From Lama guanicoe (taxonomy: Eukaryota): 64,000 nt of DNA. The stretch's first letter is position 1, and each line of letters begins with the position of its first letter. Position numbers and translations under genes: made by a program. This document shows positions 27,896-40,590 of this stretch, in pieces. The notes beneath the pieces are model-generated. The model ran no database searches. It was not told where the DNA came from and saw only the letters and a list, made by a program, of their open reading frames with translations. The stretch is from NCBI GenBank assembly GCA_013239625.1, contig MU053629.1, positions 957,567 to 1,021,566 on the forward strand, in the 5' to 3' direction.

Positions 27896-28498
27896 TGTAG
27901 ACAATGGATAAGATTATCTGTGCACGGAATTCAAAGGAAAAAGTTCTAACAGCTTGTCAAAACCACAGAGGAAGTCCAGAGAGGATTTTGGAACCTGGTG
28001 TATATGGTCAAAAGTCAAAGAGATAAGGAGAGCGGGCGGGCACCAGCGAGGTCCTGGGTGTATCTGGGTTAAACCCTATCTCTGGAGCCTTGTTTGTAGC
28101 ATGGTTTGTCAGACCACATTAGTGGGCACAATAATGGGGACCCAGGTGAGATGGGTCCCATCAAGCAACCAAAAAAAATGATTTGTGACTATGCCAGGAA
28201 GCTGGGAGCTGCCCAAAATCAGTGAGCAGAAAGCAGTAACTGACCATCAGTGTGTGGTCTGCCTGATGGAAGTGCGTGGCGTCTCCAAGAAGGGAGGCCA
28301 GAATGTCGGAAGTTCCCACCCTCTGTTTATTGGATGGAGGATTGGTGTCCAGCTGGTTCATGGTTGGCTGATGACCCTGACCATGGAGATCATCCACACC
28401 ACGATGCTCTGGTCTCAGGTTCCCCAAGCAGCCTCTGATTGTGGGCTGGACTTACATGGAGCCTTTTCTGCTAGAGTGGAGAGAAAAAACTGGCCAAC

Positions 28499-28955
28499 TG
28501 TGGTAGACTGAAAAATGGCCCCCAAGTGTATTCACGTCTGAATCCCTGGAACCTGTGAATATACTACCTTGCTTGGCAAAAAGGACTCTGCAGATGTGAT
28601 TAACAAGGATCTTGAGATGGGGAGATTATCCTAGATGATCCAGATAAACTAAATGTCATCTCACAGGGGAGGCAGGGGCACAAAGTCAGAGAGAGACTGG
28701 AGGATACGATGCTGTTGGCTTTGAAGATGGATGAAAGGGCCAAAGAATGAGGGATGTCTCTAGAAGCTGGAAAAGTCATGGAAATAGATTCTCCTCCAGA
28801 GCCTTCAGAAGGAATGGGCACACCCACACCTTGATTTTAGACCAGGGGAAGTGATCTCAGACTTCTGAACTCCAGAACTGGAAGATAATAAGTCTGTGTT
28901 GTTTGAAGACATGAAGTCTGTAATAATTTGCTACGGCTGCATAGGAACTAATACA
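28499..28955 (+). mobile_element. MLT1C/D-like MaLR LTR
   Basis: TGTGGTAGACTGAAAAATGGCCCCCAA...GGATCTTGAGATGGGGAGATTATCC...GGAACTAATACA. Confidence 0.82.
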
Positions 28956-29594
28956 ACACGTAATGGGAGTGTCTGGTCAGCAGATTAGTACCTAGATCAT
29001 ACGTGAGCCTTTGGAGAGTCGAGTTGTTTTCATTCAGTTCCCCTGGGACCAGACCCCTGCTAGAGGCATAGACCAAATTTCTGGGTCTGCTGAGAACCAG
29101 CATGGCTGACCTCAACTTCCCCAAGGTCCTTCCACCCTGGGAAGCCTGGCCTGGCCTGAGGAACCACTGGCTCTTCGTAAAAACCACTCTGGTCATAGTT
29201 ACCCATTATGTGTGGGCTCTTAGGTGAGCTCTTGGCACCAGAGAGGCCTGAGTTCACATCCCTTCTCCACTTGATCGTCATGAGACCATAAACAAGTTAC
29301 TTAATTTCCTTCTATCATGGTTTCCTAACCCGTAAAACAGAGGACATCGCCCTAATTTATAGTGTTGCTGTATGGATTGAAAGAGGTAGTTCGTGTCTAA
29401 CACCAAACACAGGGTCAGGGCCAGAGTAGGTGTTCAAACAAGGTTGCCCCTAACCTCCCCCACCTCCCACCCTCACCATGAGTCTTCCGTGTGCCCAGCT
29501 CTTTTGATGTGGAATTCCAGCCACTTCCTCTAAGCTTTGTTAGCACCCTTCCTACAAATCAGTGACCTCCGTGATCACCCTCCCAGGGACCTGA

Positions 29595-30130
29595 TGTCTT
29601 AGTTGGGGTTACTCCAGAAATGGCACCTGAGACAATTCCAGCCCAGGTGGTTTGTCTGGGAGATGGTCCCAGGAAACACCCAAGGAGAGGTGAGATGCGG
29701 GGAGGAAGTTTGCATGGTCATGTAAATTACCACTGTGCCCACCTGGGGCTTCACCCCCTGGGGAAATAAATGGCACCTGAGACAACGATTCCAGCCCAGG
29801 TGGTTTGTCTGGGAGATGGTCCCAGGAAACACCCGAGGAGAGGTGAGATGCGGGGAGGAAGTTTGCATGATCATGTAAATTACCACTGTGCCCACCTGGG
29901 GCTTCACCCCCTGGGGAAATCTAGGAGACAGTTATCCCATCCAAGGGGCAATCTTTCTCCTTTTTTGGGGGGGGGTGGGGCAGAGGCAGGAATAATTCCC
30001 CAACATCTCCTGACTGCTGCCCTCATGGGCAGAACAGGCTCTGGCCCAGAGAATCCTCAGGCACAAGAATGCAGGTGCTGGCATGAAATGTGGGCGAGAT
30101 ACCAACAGCTTCTGCCTCACCTGAGGAGCA
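29595..30130 (-). mobile_element. LTR16-like ERVL LTR with an internal tandem duplication
   Basis: TGTCTTAGTTGGGGTTACTCCAGAAA...CTGAGACA...GTTTGTCTGGGAGATGGTCCCAGGAAACACC resembles the reverse LTR16 3' end; right boundary approximate. Confidence 0.6.
29618..29920 (+). repeat. Tandem duplication, 150 bp + 153 bp
   Basis: 29618-29767 and 29768-29920 differ only by a 3-nt indel and two substitutions. Confidence 0.95.
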
Positions 30131-30744
30131 TCTTCTAAATGCAAGGCCTTCCTGGTCACAGCCTCCACTCCGGTCTTACCCTTTCCTTGACTAGCAATGA
30201 GTTCAGCATGCCCATCGCATTGCTCTGGGCTAACTGCAGCCTAGTCTCAGGCTCTTCCAATTTGCAAAGTGATAAACGAAGGAAATCTATACTTGGTTTT
30301 TGATTTGGGATGGGAAGGACCACCATTTCCCCGGCAAACCAAAGGCTGTTTTTCTGGTATATGTTTTCAATTATACTTTCAAATATCCCACATAACTTCC
30401 AATGTTTGGCAAGGTTTAAAGCCAAAGTCTGCATATATTAAAGGCTGTTTAAGCCCACAAAATCTTTTCATCATCTTTAAAATCTCTGCTTCTTTCCCCC
30501 ATCCAACCACAGATAGGTTACAGCCATCCCAGGGTTATTTTTATCATTACCTGAGGCTATTTTAAAACATCCAGATAATTGAGAACCCTAATCAGTAAAA
30601 GTCTGGATAATAGGAGGGTCATCTTATTAAATGTCTGCTGACCATTGGCTGGATGAAGCATGGAGGAGGCGTTTCAGATGTGCCCAGCCCTGAAAAACCG
30701 ACTCACACCCTAGCTGCTGGTCATGATTAAGCAATAGGTATCGA

Positions 30745-30809
30745 GTGCCTACGAGGTGCAGGGCACTGTGCTGGGTGCCTACGAGGTGCAGGGCACTGTG
30801 CTGGGTGCC
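30745..30809 (+). repeat. Perfect 30-bp tandem duplication
   Basis: GTGCCTACGAGGTGCAGGGCACTGTGCTGG x2 plus GTGCC. Confidence 0.95.
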
Positions 30810-31377
30810 GTCAGGCACACAGAGAGGCTTGAGGTTTCAGAAAGAGAGAACTTTCCCTCCCCAAAACAACTCTGACCATATTTCAACTTCCACTATTAGA
30901 GGCTTTTTTTTTTTTTTTTTTGGCCTTATCTAGCATCCTGTTATACAATGAACTTCTCACCAGGAGGGATCAAAGCCTCATACCATATGGCTGAGAGGGG
31001 CCTCAGAGGTCCTGCTGGTTCACAGACAAAGGCTCAGAGGGGAAATAAGTATTAATCTGAAGTGACCCAAACCACAGGTGGTAGAGCTGGGCCTGAAACT
31101 CTTGCCTTTGTTCCCTAAAGCCTGCTTTCTTCATATTTTAAGCTGTTACCTGACCTTTGCACTTGGAGGTGGCTTAATTAAGGACTGGGCTCTGAGACAG
31201 CTTTCTAAGAACACGTCCTGGCAAAGTGGATGTCACCAGCTGTCCCATTCTACGCTGTGCAGCTGGTCATCTTTGCTTCCGCGAGACCAGCAGACCCTCT
31301 GCTGCCTAAACTCCTCTGAGCATCCTTCTAGCTCAGCACTGTTGACCCTCTGACCACTGCATCAAAATCCTATGGGA

Positions 31378-31709
31378 TATGATGTCACTTATATGTGGAA
31401 TCTGAAGAAAAAAATACAAATTTTGTTTACAAACCAGAAATAGACTCATAGACATAGAAAACAAACTGTGGTTACCCAGGAGGACTGGGTTAGGGGAGGG
31501 ATAGATTAGGAGTTTGGGATTAAAAGATACACAGTACTACATATAAAATAGATAAACAACAAGGACCTACTGTATAGCACAAGGAACTATATCCAAGCCA
31601 AAATGGAAAAGAAACTGAATATATACATGTATCTCTGAATCACTTTGCTGTATACCTGGAACTAACGCTGTGAATCAACCAAACTTCAGTAAAAAAAAAA
31701 ATAATAAAA
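31378..31709 (+). mobile_element. L1 3' end inserted into a MER5A-like hAT fossil
   Basis: L1 3' UTR plus A tail; 14-bp TSD AAAATCCTATGGGA at 31364-31377 and 31710-31723. Confidence 0.88.
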
Positions 31710-33084
31710 AAAATCCTATGGGAAAACCATTTTAAATGTTCACTCTTGGGCCCCTCCCCAGGCCTACTGGATCAGAACCCATCCCTGGGGCTCGGGCCGA
31801 GGAAATCACACTTGCAGCGAACTCTCCGTGTGTTTCAGACCACACGAGAGTCTGAGAGCCACCGGCCTCCGGGCTGAAGCCCAGCACCCTCAGTGTGGCT
31901 TGGAAGGCCTGCACCATCTGGCTCTGCCTACCTTCTGGCCCCACCTTCATCAGCCAGACTGAGCTGCTCCCTCTTCTAGAAACAGGCGTCGTATTGTCAA
32001 GCCTCTGTATTTGTGCTCAGTCTGTTTCTCCTGCCTGGTTTGCCTTTGTTTCACCAATTCTGCCAGGCAAATTCCTCTTCCAGGGCCCTCCTGAAACGTC
32101 CCTCAATCTCCATCATTCCCCTTAACTCCTTCCCTAGGGAGACTGGCCTGCTCTCTCCTCCCTCCTCACAGCTATTGACTTTATCGTAGCACTTGTCTTT
32201 TTAATGAATTCTAAGGCTGCATCTCAGTCAGAGGGCTGCGGGGTGCACCTTTTGCTCCTTTCTGCACATTAGGAAAAGTCTCCTCTTCCTCTAGAGCCAG
32301 ACACGCAGCTTGGAAATAAGTGTGCAGGCTGGATTTCAGCTCGCCTGCCCCTTCGCGGGCACCCTTGTGCAGGACAGGGCCTGTCGACCCTGTGCAGAGG
32401 TTCTCCACCTGTCGTCTCTGCTAATGGAGAGCTCCTGGGGAGCCCTGACTCTTGATCACCTTTGTACGTCCCCAACTTGGAAATCTGGCCCCATAGCAAC
32501 GCTCTGTAAAAGGTTTTATCAGCCGAAGTGAATTGAACGCAGCCTGTGAGCACAGGCAGGTTTGGTCCACGCACAAGTTGTTAAATGCTGTGAATCGCAG
32601 AAGGGCCTCAGAGCAGCAGAGGCGGGATGAATAATGTCATCTGTTCTGTTCTCCATGGATTCTGGATATTTTAACACCTGCAACTGGGAACTATTTAGTG
32701 CTGTGAGACTAAAATAGATGCCTACAGCACTCTGTTGCCTCATTCTTTGTTTTTCAGAAAAAAACTCCTTCCCCGCTTCCCCAGGAGGTAAATCTGTCTG
32801 AGGCTGGTTGTTACTAAGGCCACCGGAGAAGTCATGTGACTGAATGGCCCTCCACTGGGTCCCTTCTGCTGCACAACTTGTTCAGCAGTGAATTGGGGCA
32901 CTCATCAGGCCCTCGTGGGCAATTCGGGGGACACCGTCAGCCGCAGCAACAGAGCTACAGAGCCGTGTTTCAGACTCCCTGTTGACCCGTAGAGAAGGGA
33001 CATGGAATGGCTGTAGGGTCTGGTCCCAGTTCCCAAGAGTTTAAAATTCCCATTACTACAGTGAACATGCATTCATAATTTCTT

Positions 33085-34385
33085 TTTATGGTTTTGATAT
33101 TAGGGTAATGCTGGCCTCATAGAACGAGTTAAAAAGTATTCCCTGTTTCTATCCTCTGAGAGAGAGTGTAGAGAACTGATTCAATTTCTTCCTGAAATGT
33201 TCGCTAGAATTCACCAGTGAACCCATCTGAGCCTAATACTTTCTGTTTTGGAAGGTTATAAATTATTGATTCAATTCCTTTTATAGAGGCCTACTCAGAT
33301 TGGCTATTTCTTCTTGTGTGAGTTTTGGCAGATTGTGTCTTTCAAGTAATTGGTCCATTTCATCTAGGTCAGCAAATTTGTGGGCATAGAGCTATTCATG
33401 TATTCCTTGGTTATCCTTTTAATATCCACGGGATCTGTGATGATGTACTGTCTTTCATTTCTGATATTAGTAATTTGCACATTCTGTCTTTCCTTCTTAG
33501 TTATCCTGGCTCGAGGCTTACCAGTTTTATTTGCCTTTTCAAAGAACCAGCTTTTTGTGTTTCATCAATTTTCTCTGTTGATTTTCTGTTTTTAATTTCA
33601 TTGATTTCTGCTCTGATTTTTATTATTTTTTTCTGCTTACTTTGGATTTAATTTGCTCTCCTTTTCTAGTTTCCTAAGACAGATGTTTACATGATTGATT
33701 TTAGATCTTCTTTTTATCTAATATTTGCGTTCAGTGCTATAAATTCCCCTATAAGCACTACTTTCACTGCATCCCACAAATTTTGTTGCTATGTTTCTAT
33801 TTTAATTGAGCTCAATAACTTTTTAATCTCCTGTGAGGTTTCTTCTTTGATCTATGTGTTATTTAGAACTATATTGTTATGAGGGTATAGCTCAAGTGGT
33901 AGAGTGCATGCTTAGCACCCACAAAGTCCTGGGTTCAATCCCTAGTACCGCCATTGAAAAACTAAACTAAATAAGTAAACCTAATTACCTCCCTCTTGCA
34001 AAAAAAAAAAAAGTGTATTGATAAAGCTCCAGGCAGTTGAGATTTTTCCAACTATCAGTACTGAGATCTGAAAGAAGACATTGTAGGAATTCTTTACTTT
34101 TAAATTTGTTAAGGTATGTTTTGTATGGCCCAAAAGATGGTCCATCTTGGTGAATGTTCCCTGTGAGCTTGAGAAGAATATGTATTCTGTTATTGGGTGA
34201 AGTTGTCTATAGGTGTCCATTATATCCAGCTGATTTCTGATGAAAAATTGTTGAGATCCTCAACTATGACAGTGGAGTCATCTATTTCCCCTTGCAGGTC
34301 TGTTAGTTTTTGCCTCACATAGTTTGACTTTCTTTTGTCAGGCACAGACACATTTAGGAATGTTATGTCTTGTTGAAGAATTGAT
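33085..34385 (-). mobile_element. Old L1 (L1M) ORF2 fragment
   Basis: T-rich antisense ORF2 remnants; minus-strand ORF reads YRQLHP-EYIFFSSSQGTFTKMDHLLGH (endonuclease region). Confidence 0.85.
33881..34012 (+). mobile_element. tRNA-derived camelid-type SINE inserted in an old L1
   Basis: GAGGGTATAGCTCAAGTGGTAGAGTGCATGCTTAGC...GGTTCAATCCC with A tail. Confidence 0.87.
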
Positions 34386-34409
34386 CATAAAGGTTTTTAA
34401 TTGCATTTT

Positions 34410-34875
34410 TAATTAAACTTTTTATTTTCTGAGATAATTGTAGATTCACACGTACTGGTAAGTAGTACAGAGAAATCATGTGTTATCCTTCATCCAGTTT
34501 TCCCAGTGGTAACATCTTACAAAACTATAGTGTAATGTCACAACCAGGATATTGATACAACTGCACCATTCTGAATCAGGTTTCCCTGTGCTCGCTCCGG
34601 CAGCACATGTACTGAATCAGGTTTCCCTAGTTTTACTTATATTCATTTTCACGGGGAGGGGGTGTATTTAATTCTATGTAATTTGATCACATGTGTGGGT
34701 TCATTCATTCACCACCAGTCAAGATAAAGAACACTTCCATCACTATCAATATGCTTCATGTGCCTTTTCATAAACCACCCTCTCTTCTCTCCTCCTCCGA
34801 CCCCATTCCCTAACCACTTGTTACCACTAATCTGTTCTCCGTTTCCATAATTTTGCCATTTCAAGAATGTTATAT
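34410..34875 (-). mobile_element. L1MC-like 3' end
   Basis: GAGATAATTGTAGATTCACA...CCCAGTGGTAACATCTTACAAAACTATAGTG...CACAACCAGGATATTGA. Confidence 0.75.
34588..34613 (+). pseudogene. U6 snRNA 5' fragment (26 nt), tail-less retrocopy
   Basis: GTGCTCGCTCCGGCAGCACATGTACT against U6 GTGCTCGCTTCGGCAGCACATATACT (24/26); 17-bp direct repeat CTGAATCAGGTTTCCCT at 34571-34587 and 34612-34628. Confidence 0.9.
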
Positions 34876-34877
34876 AA

Positions 34878-35525
34878 ATGGGCAAAGGAACTGAATAGAC
34901 ATTTCTCCGAAGATACACAAATGGCCAATAAGCTCAGCATTATTAGGCATCAGGGAAATGCAAAGCAAAACCACATGAGATGCTACTTCACACCTGCAAT
35001 GATCAGAAAGACAGTGTTGGCAAGGATGTGGAGAAATTGGAACTCTCATACTGTGTGCGTAGGAAAGTAAAATGATACACCTGCTTTGAAAACAATCTGG
35101 CAGATTCTCAAAAGATTGAGCAGAGTTATCATATGACCCAGAAATTCCAGGTGCTCAGTATACAGCCAAGAGAAATGAAAACCTATGTTCACACAAAAAC
35201 TTGTATATAAATGTTCATAGCAGCCTTATTTGTAATAATCAAAAACTGGAAATAACCCAAATGTCCATCAACTGGTAAGTATATAAACACATTGTGGTAT
35301 ATCCATATAATGCAATGTAACTCAGCAGTAAAAGGAATGAACTAACGATGTATGAACTAACATGTATTAATTTCAAAATAATTATGCTGAGTGAAAGAAG
35401 CCAGGACAAAAAGAAAAAAAGGGGTCTGTGCATACTCTATGATTTCATAAATAAATATAAGATTCTAAAAAATGCAGACTAATCTACAGTGACAAAAAAA
35501 CAGATCAGTGGTTGCTTGGGGATTA
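34878..35525 (+). mobile_element. L1MB-like 3' fragment
   Basis: ATGGGCAAAGGAACTGAATAGACATTTCTCC...GAAATGAAAACCTATGTTCACACAAAAACTTG...CAGATCAGTGGTTGCTTGGG. Confidence 0.8.
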
Positions 35526-35745
35526 TTTCTTAATGTATCCTTTGTTACCAGTTTTTTCAGGTTTTTATTTGGCTACATATGAACTTTACATTAGAGTATA
35601 AGATATGGACAGAAAAATGCACGAGTCATTAAGTGTACATGTGGACGAATTATCACAAAGTGAACACACCCACGAGACCTTGTTTTAGAAGCAAGATTTC
35701 TGTTTCTCAAGGGTGGTATGTTGGCCAGAACAATTTACTGTTAAC

Positions 35746-36199
35746 TGTCAAAGATAAACACAGCTGGACATTAGTCAAAGCCGTGAAAACAGATTTTATT
35801 CAGGAATGACTGACAGTAGCGGGGGAGAGCCGGGCACCGTTTGGATTTGTGCAGAGGGAGGAGGCAGAACGCGCAACTGGGGAAGTAAAAATTACGAAAA
35901 GCTGGAAGAGGGTGTTGGTCCACATGACAGCCATCTGAATTTGCTTACTAACTGAAGTTAGGTTCCTGCCCTCCCACAGAAGACTGGGAGACAAGGGCCC
36001 TATCATCAGGTGTTGTGGAAACAAACAGGAAATGCTTTCAGCAGCCTTGGGTTTTCCCAGGCAGACCCTTTAAGGGGCCTTTGAGCGGTCAGAAACCGTT
36101 AGTGTTAGTTTAAGCCTTTATAGCCAAGGTTGAGGCCTCATCCAGGAGAGGGCTCAGAGGAAGGTGGCCTGAGTTTAGTCCAAGAGAGAATCTTTGTCA
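35746..36199 (-). mobile_element. MER67-like ERV1 LTR
   Basis: Minus strand starts TGACAAAGATTCTCTCTTGGACTAAACTCAGG and ends ...TATCTTTGACA. Confidence 0.65.
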
Positions 36200-37459
36200 G
36201 CACAACTGTCCCACAAAGGGAGAACTTTCAAAATCATTCCCCCTTGCCACATTATGATAAGAAAAAAAAAATGCTCCATGCATTTTCAAGTGTCCTAGCA
36301 CATAAAAGCCACCACACTAGATAACGTTTAATGGGCCTTCCAGCTTCGAAATCCAACAGTAACATCACCAGCTATTTTGTCTCCATTTGAAAAAAGATAG
36401 AGCTGAAGAAACAGGCTGAAAAGGGTCTCAGAAGTGCTGACAGTGTGATGGAGGCTGTAGGGGGCTGTGCTCTTCCTTCCTCTGTAAATCTTCACGTGGC
36501 ACGCACACTCCCTTGCCTGCATTACTTTGCACAAGTTCCCCGGGGGAACCAAACAAGGAAGTGTGCAGACCCAAGAGTGAATCCTAATTCGCATTCAGAT
36601 TCTTGCCATGTAACTTTATTTCCGTGAGCAATTTAGCCTCTCCTGGCCTCCCTGAGCTTTGCAAAGCCACAGTCTTCGGTGGTTCCTGTTCAGTGTGCGC
36701 GGGCAGCCACGCCTTTGGTGGGCAGCTTCCCCAAGGCTCTGCCAGCTGCATGGCCCAGACTCAGGGTTGGACTATTAGAAACGGCACCAACCACCATGCT
36801 GTCTTGCTCCACACCTGTTCCTGACAGCAGGGGTGCGCGTGAGAGACTGGAAGGAAGGGAACAAGCAGATGCCCGTCCCTGCACAAGTCCATTCAAGCCC
36901 TGCCAGGGCCTCAGTGCAAAAGGCACCTGCCCAGCTCCAGGAGAGAGGGTGTTGAAATGAACTTGGCAGAGGCAACAGTACCTAAAGCAACTGAACATCC
37001 CTTGAAAATACACTATTTTAATAGCTAGATATGGCTGAAAAGGTTTGAGACCAGAGATGTCACTAAAGTTCCCCTCCACCCAGTTGGAAAGGGATTGGGT
37101 TAGCAAATTAGATAACGAGGGAAGATAAAACCTTCTCTGTTTATGCTTCATTGGATTGAGACCTCTCAAATGACCAGTTTCAGTTGTTAACTGCCCCTTG
37201 GAAAGCCCAGACCTTCATGAGCCAGAGGTCGGGCTACCGTCTTGGCAGGGGAGAAAACGGGGTTCATTCCTTTATGGAATTTTCTTTTTTTCTTGGGGGA
37301 AAAGAAAAGTTTTCTTTTCTTTAGGTTATCCACCTCCCTACCCACAGGAGTCTGGACCTTTTCTCCTATTGGTAAAGGGGGCTTTAAAGAATTTCAAGTA
37401 GGGGATAGATATGATTGTATTTGAGTTTCAGAATATTCACCCTGGTTCCTACCACATCT

Positions 37460-40400
37460 TTTATTTTAAAGTAAGTTTTTTTTAAATTTTAAGATCATTG
37501 CAGTTCTAAGACATAAGACACAAAGATCCTGTGTACTATTTCCTGGTTTCCCATAGTAACATCTTGCAAAACTACAGGACATTAATCACAACCAGGACCC
37601 TGACAATTGGTATAGCCAAGAAATGGAAAAGTTCCATCACCACAAGGGTCCCTCATGTTTCCCTTTTAAAGCAGCATCTGTCTTCCTCTCACTCCTACCC
37701 ACTCCTTAACCCATGGTGAACACGAATATGTTTTTCATTTCTAAAATTTTGTCATTTCTAGAATGTATGAATGGAATCATACAGATACATAACTTTGGGA
37801 ATTGCTGCTGTCACTCACTGTAACCCTCAGGAGATTTATCCAGGTTATTTATTGTGTGTATCAATAGTTTATTTATTTTTTTGTTGAATAGTCTTCCATG
37901 GTATGGATGTGCCACAGTTTGTTTGTTTGTTTGTTTTTAACTATTCCCCTCTTGAAGGACATCTGGGTTGTCCAATTTGGACTATTATGAATAAAGCTGG
38001 TATAAATATTCATATACAGCTTTTGTATGAATATCAGTCCTCGTTTCTCTGTGCTAAATGCTCAGAATTGCAAATACTGGGTCATATGGAAGTTGTGTGT
38101 TTAGTTTTCTTTAAGAAACTCCCAAATAATTTTCCAGAGTGGCTGTACAATTTTACATTTCTGCCAGCAATGTATGAGTAATTCAGTTTCTCCGCATCCT
38201 TGCCAGCATTTGGTGTTGTTACTATTTTTGCCGTTTCAATAGATATGCACGAATGTTCCGTTGTAGTTTTAGTTTGCATTTCTCTCGTGAAATGATGGTG
38301 AACAACTTTTCATGTACTTATTTGCCATCTGTATACCCTCTTCAGTGAAATGTCTCTATATTTCTTCTGGCCATGTTCTAATTGTATTTTTTGGTTTTTT
38401 ACTGTTGAGTTTTGAGGGTTATTTAAATATTCTAGATATTAGCCCTTTGTTGGATATGTGGTTTGCAAATATTTTCTTCCAGTCTGTAGCTTGTCTTTTT
38501 ATCCTCGTAACAGGGTATTTCTCAGAGCAAAAGTCTTTTATTCTGACTGAGTCAAATTTATTCATTTTTCCTTTTATGGACAATACTTTCGGTCAAGTCT
38601 GTGGACTTTTTCAATAGCCCCAGGCCCCAGTGATATTCTCCTGGAGTTTTTTGGTTTTTTAAGTTTTATAGTTTTACATTTACATTTACGTGTGTAATCC
38701 ATTTTGAGTAAGCTTTTGTATAAGGTGTGAGACTTGGTGTGAGACTCAGAATGAGGCGCTTTTTCTTTCTTTTTTTTTTTTTTGTGCCTGTGAATGTCCA
38801 GTTGTCCCAACGTGGTTTGTTTAAACAGACTATTTTGCTTCCATTGAATTTGTTTTGCATAATTGTCAAAAGTCAGTTGGACATATTTGTATCGGTCTGT
38901 TCCTATGTTCTCTGTATTGATTGACATCCGTAGATCTGCATGTCTAGCCCTCTGTCAATACCACACAGTCTTGATTACTGGGCTACATATGTCTGAAAAT
39001 CAAGTAGACTGATTTCTCCCACTTTTTCTTTTTCAAAATTGTTTTAGCTATTCTGATTTTTATGGCTTTCCAAATGAATTTTAATGGATTCTTGTCTATA
39101 TCTACAAAACAATCTTGCTGGGATTTTGATAGGAATTATATTAAACTTATATATCAATTTAGGGATGGCTGACATCTTTACTACATTCAGTCTTCCAATC
39201 CATCAATATGGTATGTCTCTCCATTTATTAAATCTTATTTGATTTCTTTCATCACTGTTATATAGTTTTCAGTATACACATCCTGTACATACTTTGTTAG
39301 ATTTACACCTAAAACTTTTGGGACTTTTTTTTGAATGATAAACATGGTATTGCATTTAAAATTTTAGTGTCCAAATGTTCATTGCTACTGTATAGAAATA
39401 TAATTCATATTTGTACATTTTTCTAATATCCTGTGACCTTGCCATGCTCACTTACTAGCTTTGGGAGGTTAGATTTGTTTCTTTTTAAGATTTCTTTGGG
39501 ATCTTCCACCTACATAATCATATCCTCTGCAAGCAGGGACAGTTTTATCTCCTCTTTTCTAAATCTTTAACTTTTATTTTATTTCCTGCCTATTGTACTG
39601 CCTATAATTTCTAGCACTATGTTGAATAAAAGTTGTGAGAATGGACATATTTACCTTATTCTCAATCTTAGTGGGAAAGCATTCAGTCTTTGCCCATTGA
39701 ATACAATGTGAACTGTAGGATTTTTGGTAGGTGATTTTTTATCAAGTTGACCAAATTCCTCTCTATTCCTATGTTTCTAAGATTTTTTTTTATTATAAAA
39801 AGGTGTTGAATTTTGTCAAATGATTTTTTCTACATCAACTGATATTATCATGTGATTTTTTCTTCTTTAGCTTCTTAATACACCCGATTATGTTGATTGA
39901 CTTTTAAAATATTAAACCAACCTTGAATTCTTGGAATAAGCCTCATTTGGTCATGGAGTATAATACTTTTTATATACTGCTGAATTTGATAATATTTTGT
40001 TAATAATTTTTGTATCTCTATTCCAAATGGATATTAGGCTATAATTTTTGTAGTGTCTTTGTCTGGTTTTGGTATTAGGGCTTGGCTACCTATATAAAAT
40101 GAATTCCCTTGTCTTCTGAAAGAGATTGTATAGAATCAGTGTTAATTCTTACTTAAACATTCGGTAGAATTCTCCAGTAAAACCATCTGGACTTGGAGAT
40201 TTCATCTGGGTGTTTTAAAATTAAAAATAAAATATGCTTAATAATTGTAGGCAGCTCAAACCTTTTTTTCATTTACTTTCCCCATTTCCTTAATTTTCAA
40301 TTTCATTGATATATGTTCTCTATTATTCCCTTTTTCTGATGCTTTGGGTTTACTTTGCTCTTCTTTTTCTAAATAAGAGCTTAGATTATTGATTTGAGAC

Positions 40401-40590
40401 ATTCACTCTTTCCTAATCTATAGCAGCTCCTTTACACTTTACAGCAATTGGTGCTATAAATTTCCCCTTCAGCACCACTTTATCTGTGTTCTATAAATTT
40501 TGATATGTTGTATTTCACTCAGTTCAATGTATTTTTTAAATTTCCCCTGAGGCTTCCTTTTTTGACCCATAGATTATTTAGAAGTAGAAA
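37460..40590 (-). mobile_element. Old L1 (L1MC-like), ~3.1 kb
   Basis: Continuous antisense L1 3' UTR and ORF2 remnants (CTTGCCAGCATTTGGTGTTG, GTCTTCCAATCCATCAATATGG, GGGAAAGCATTCAGTCTTT). Confidence 0.88.
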
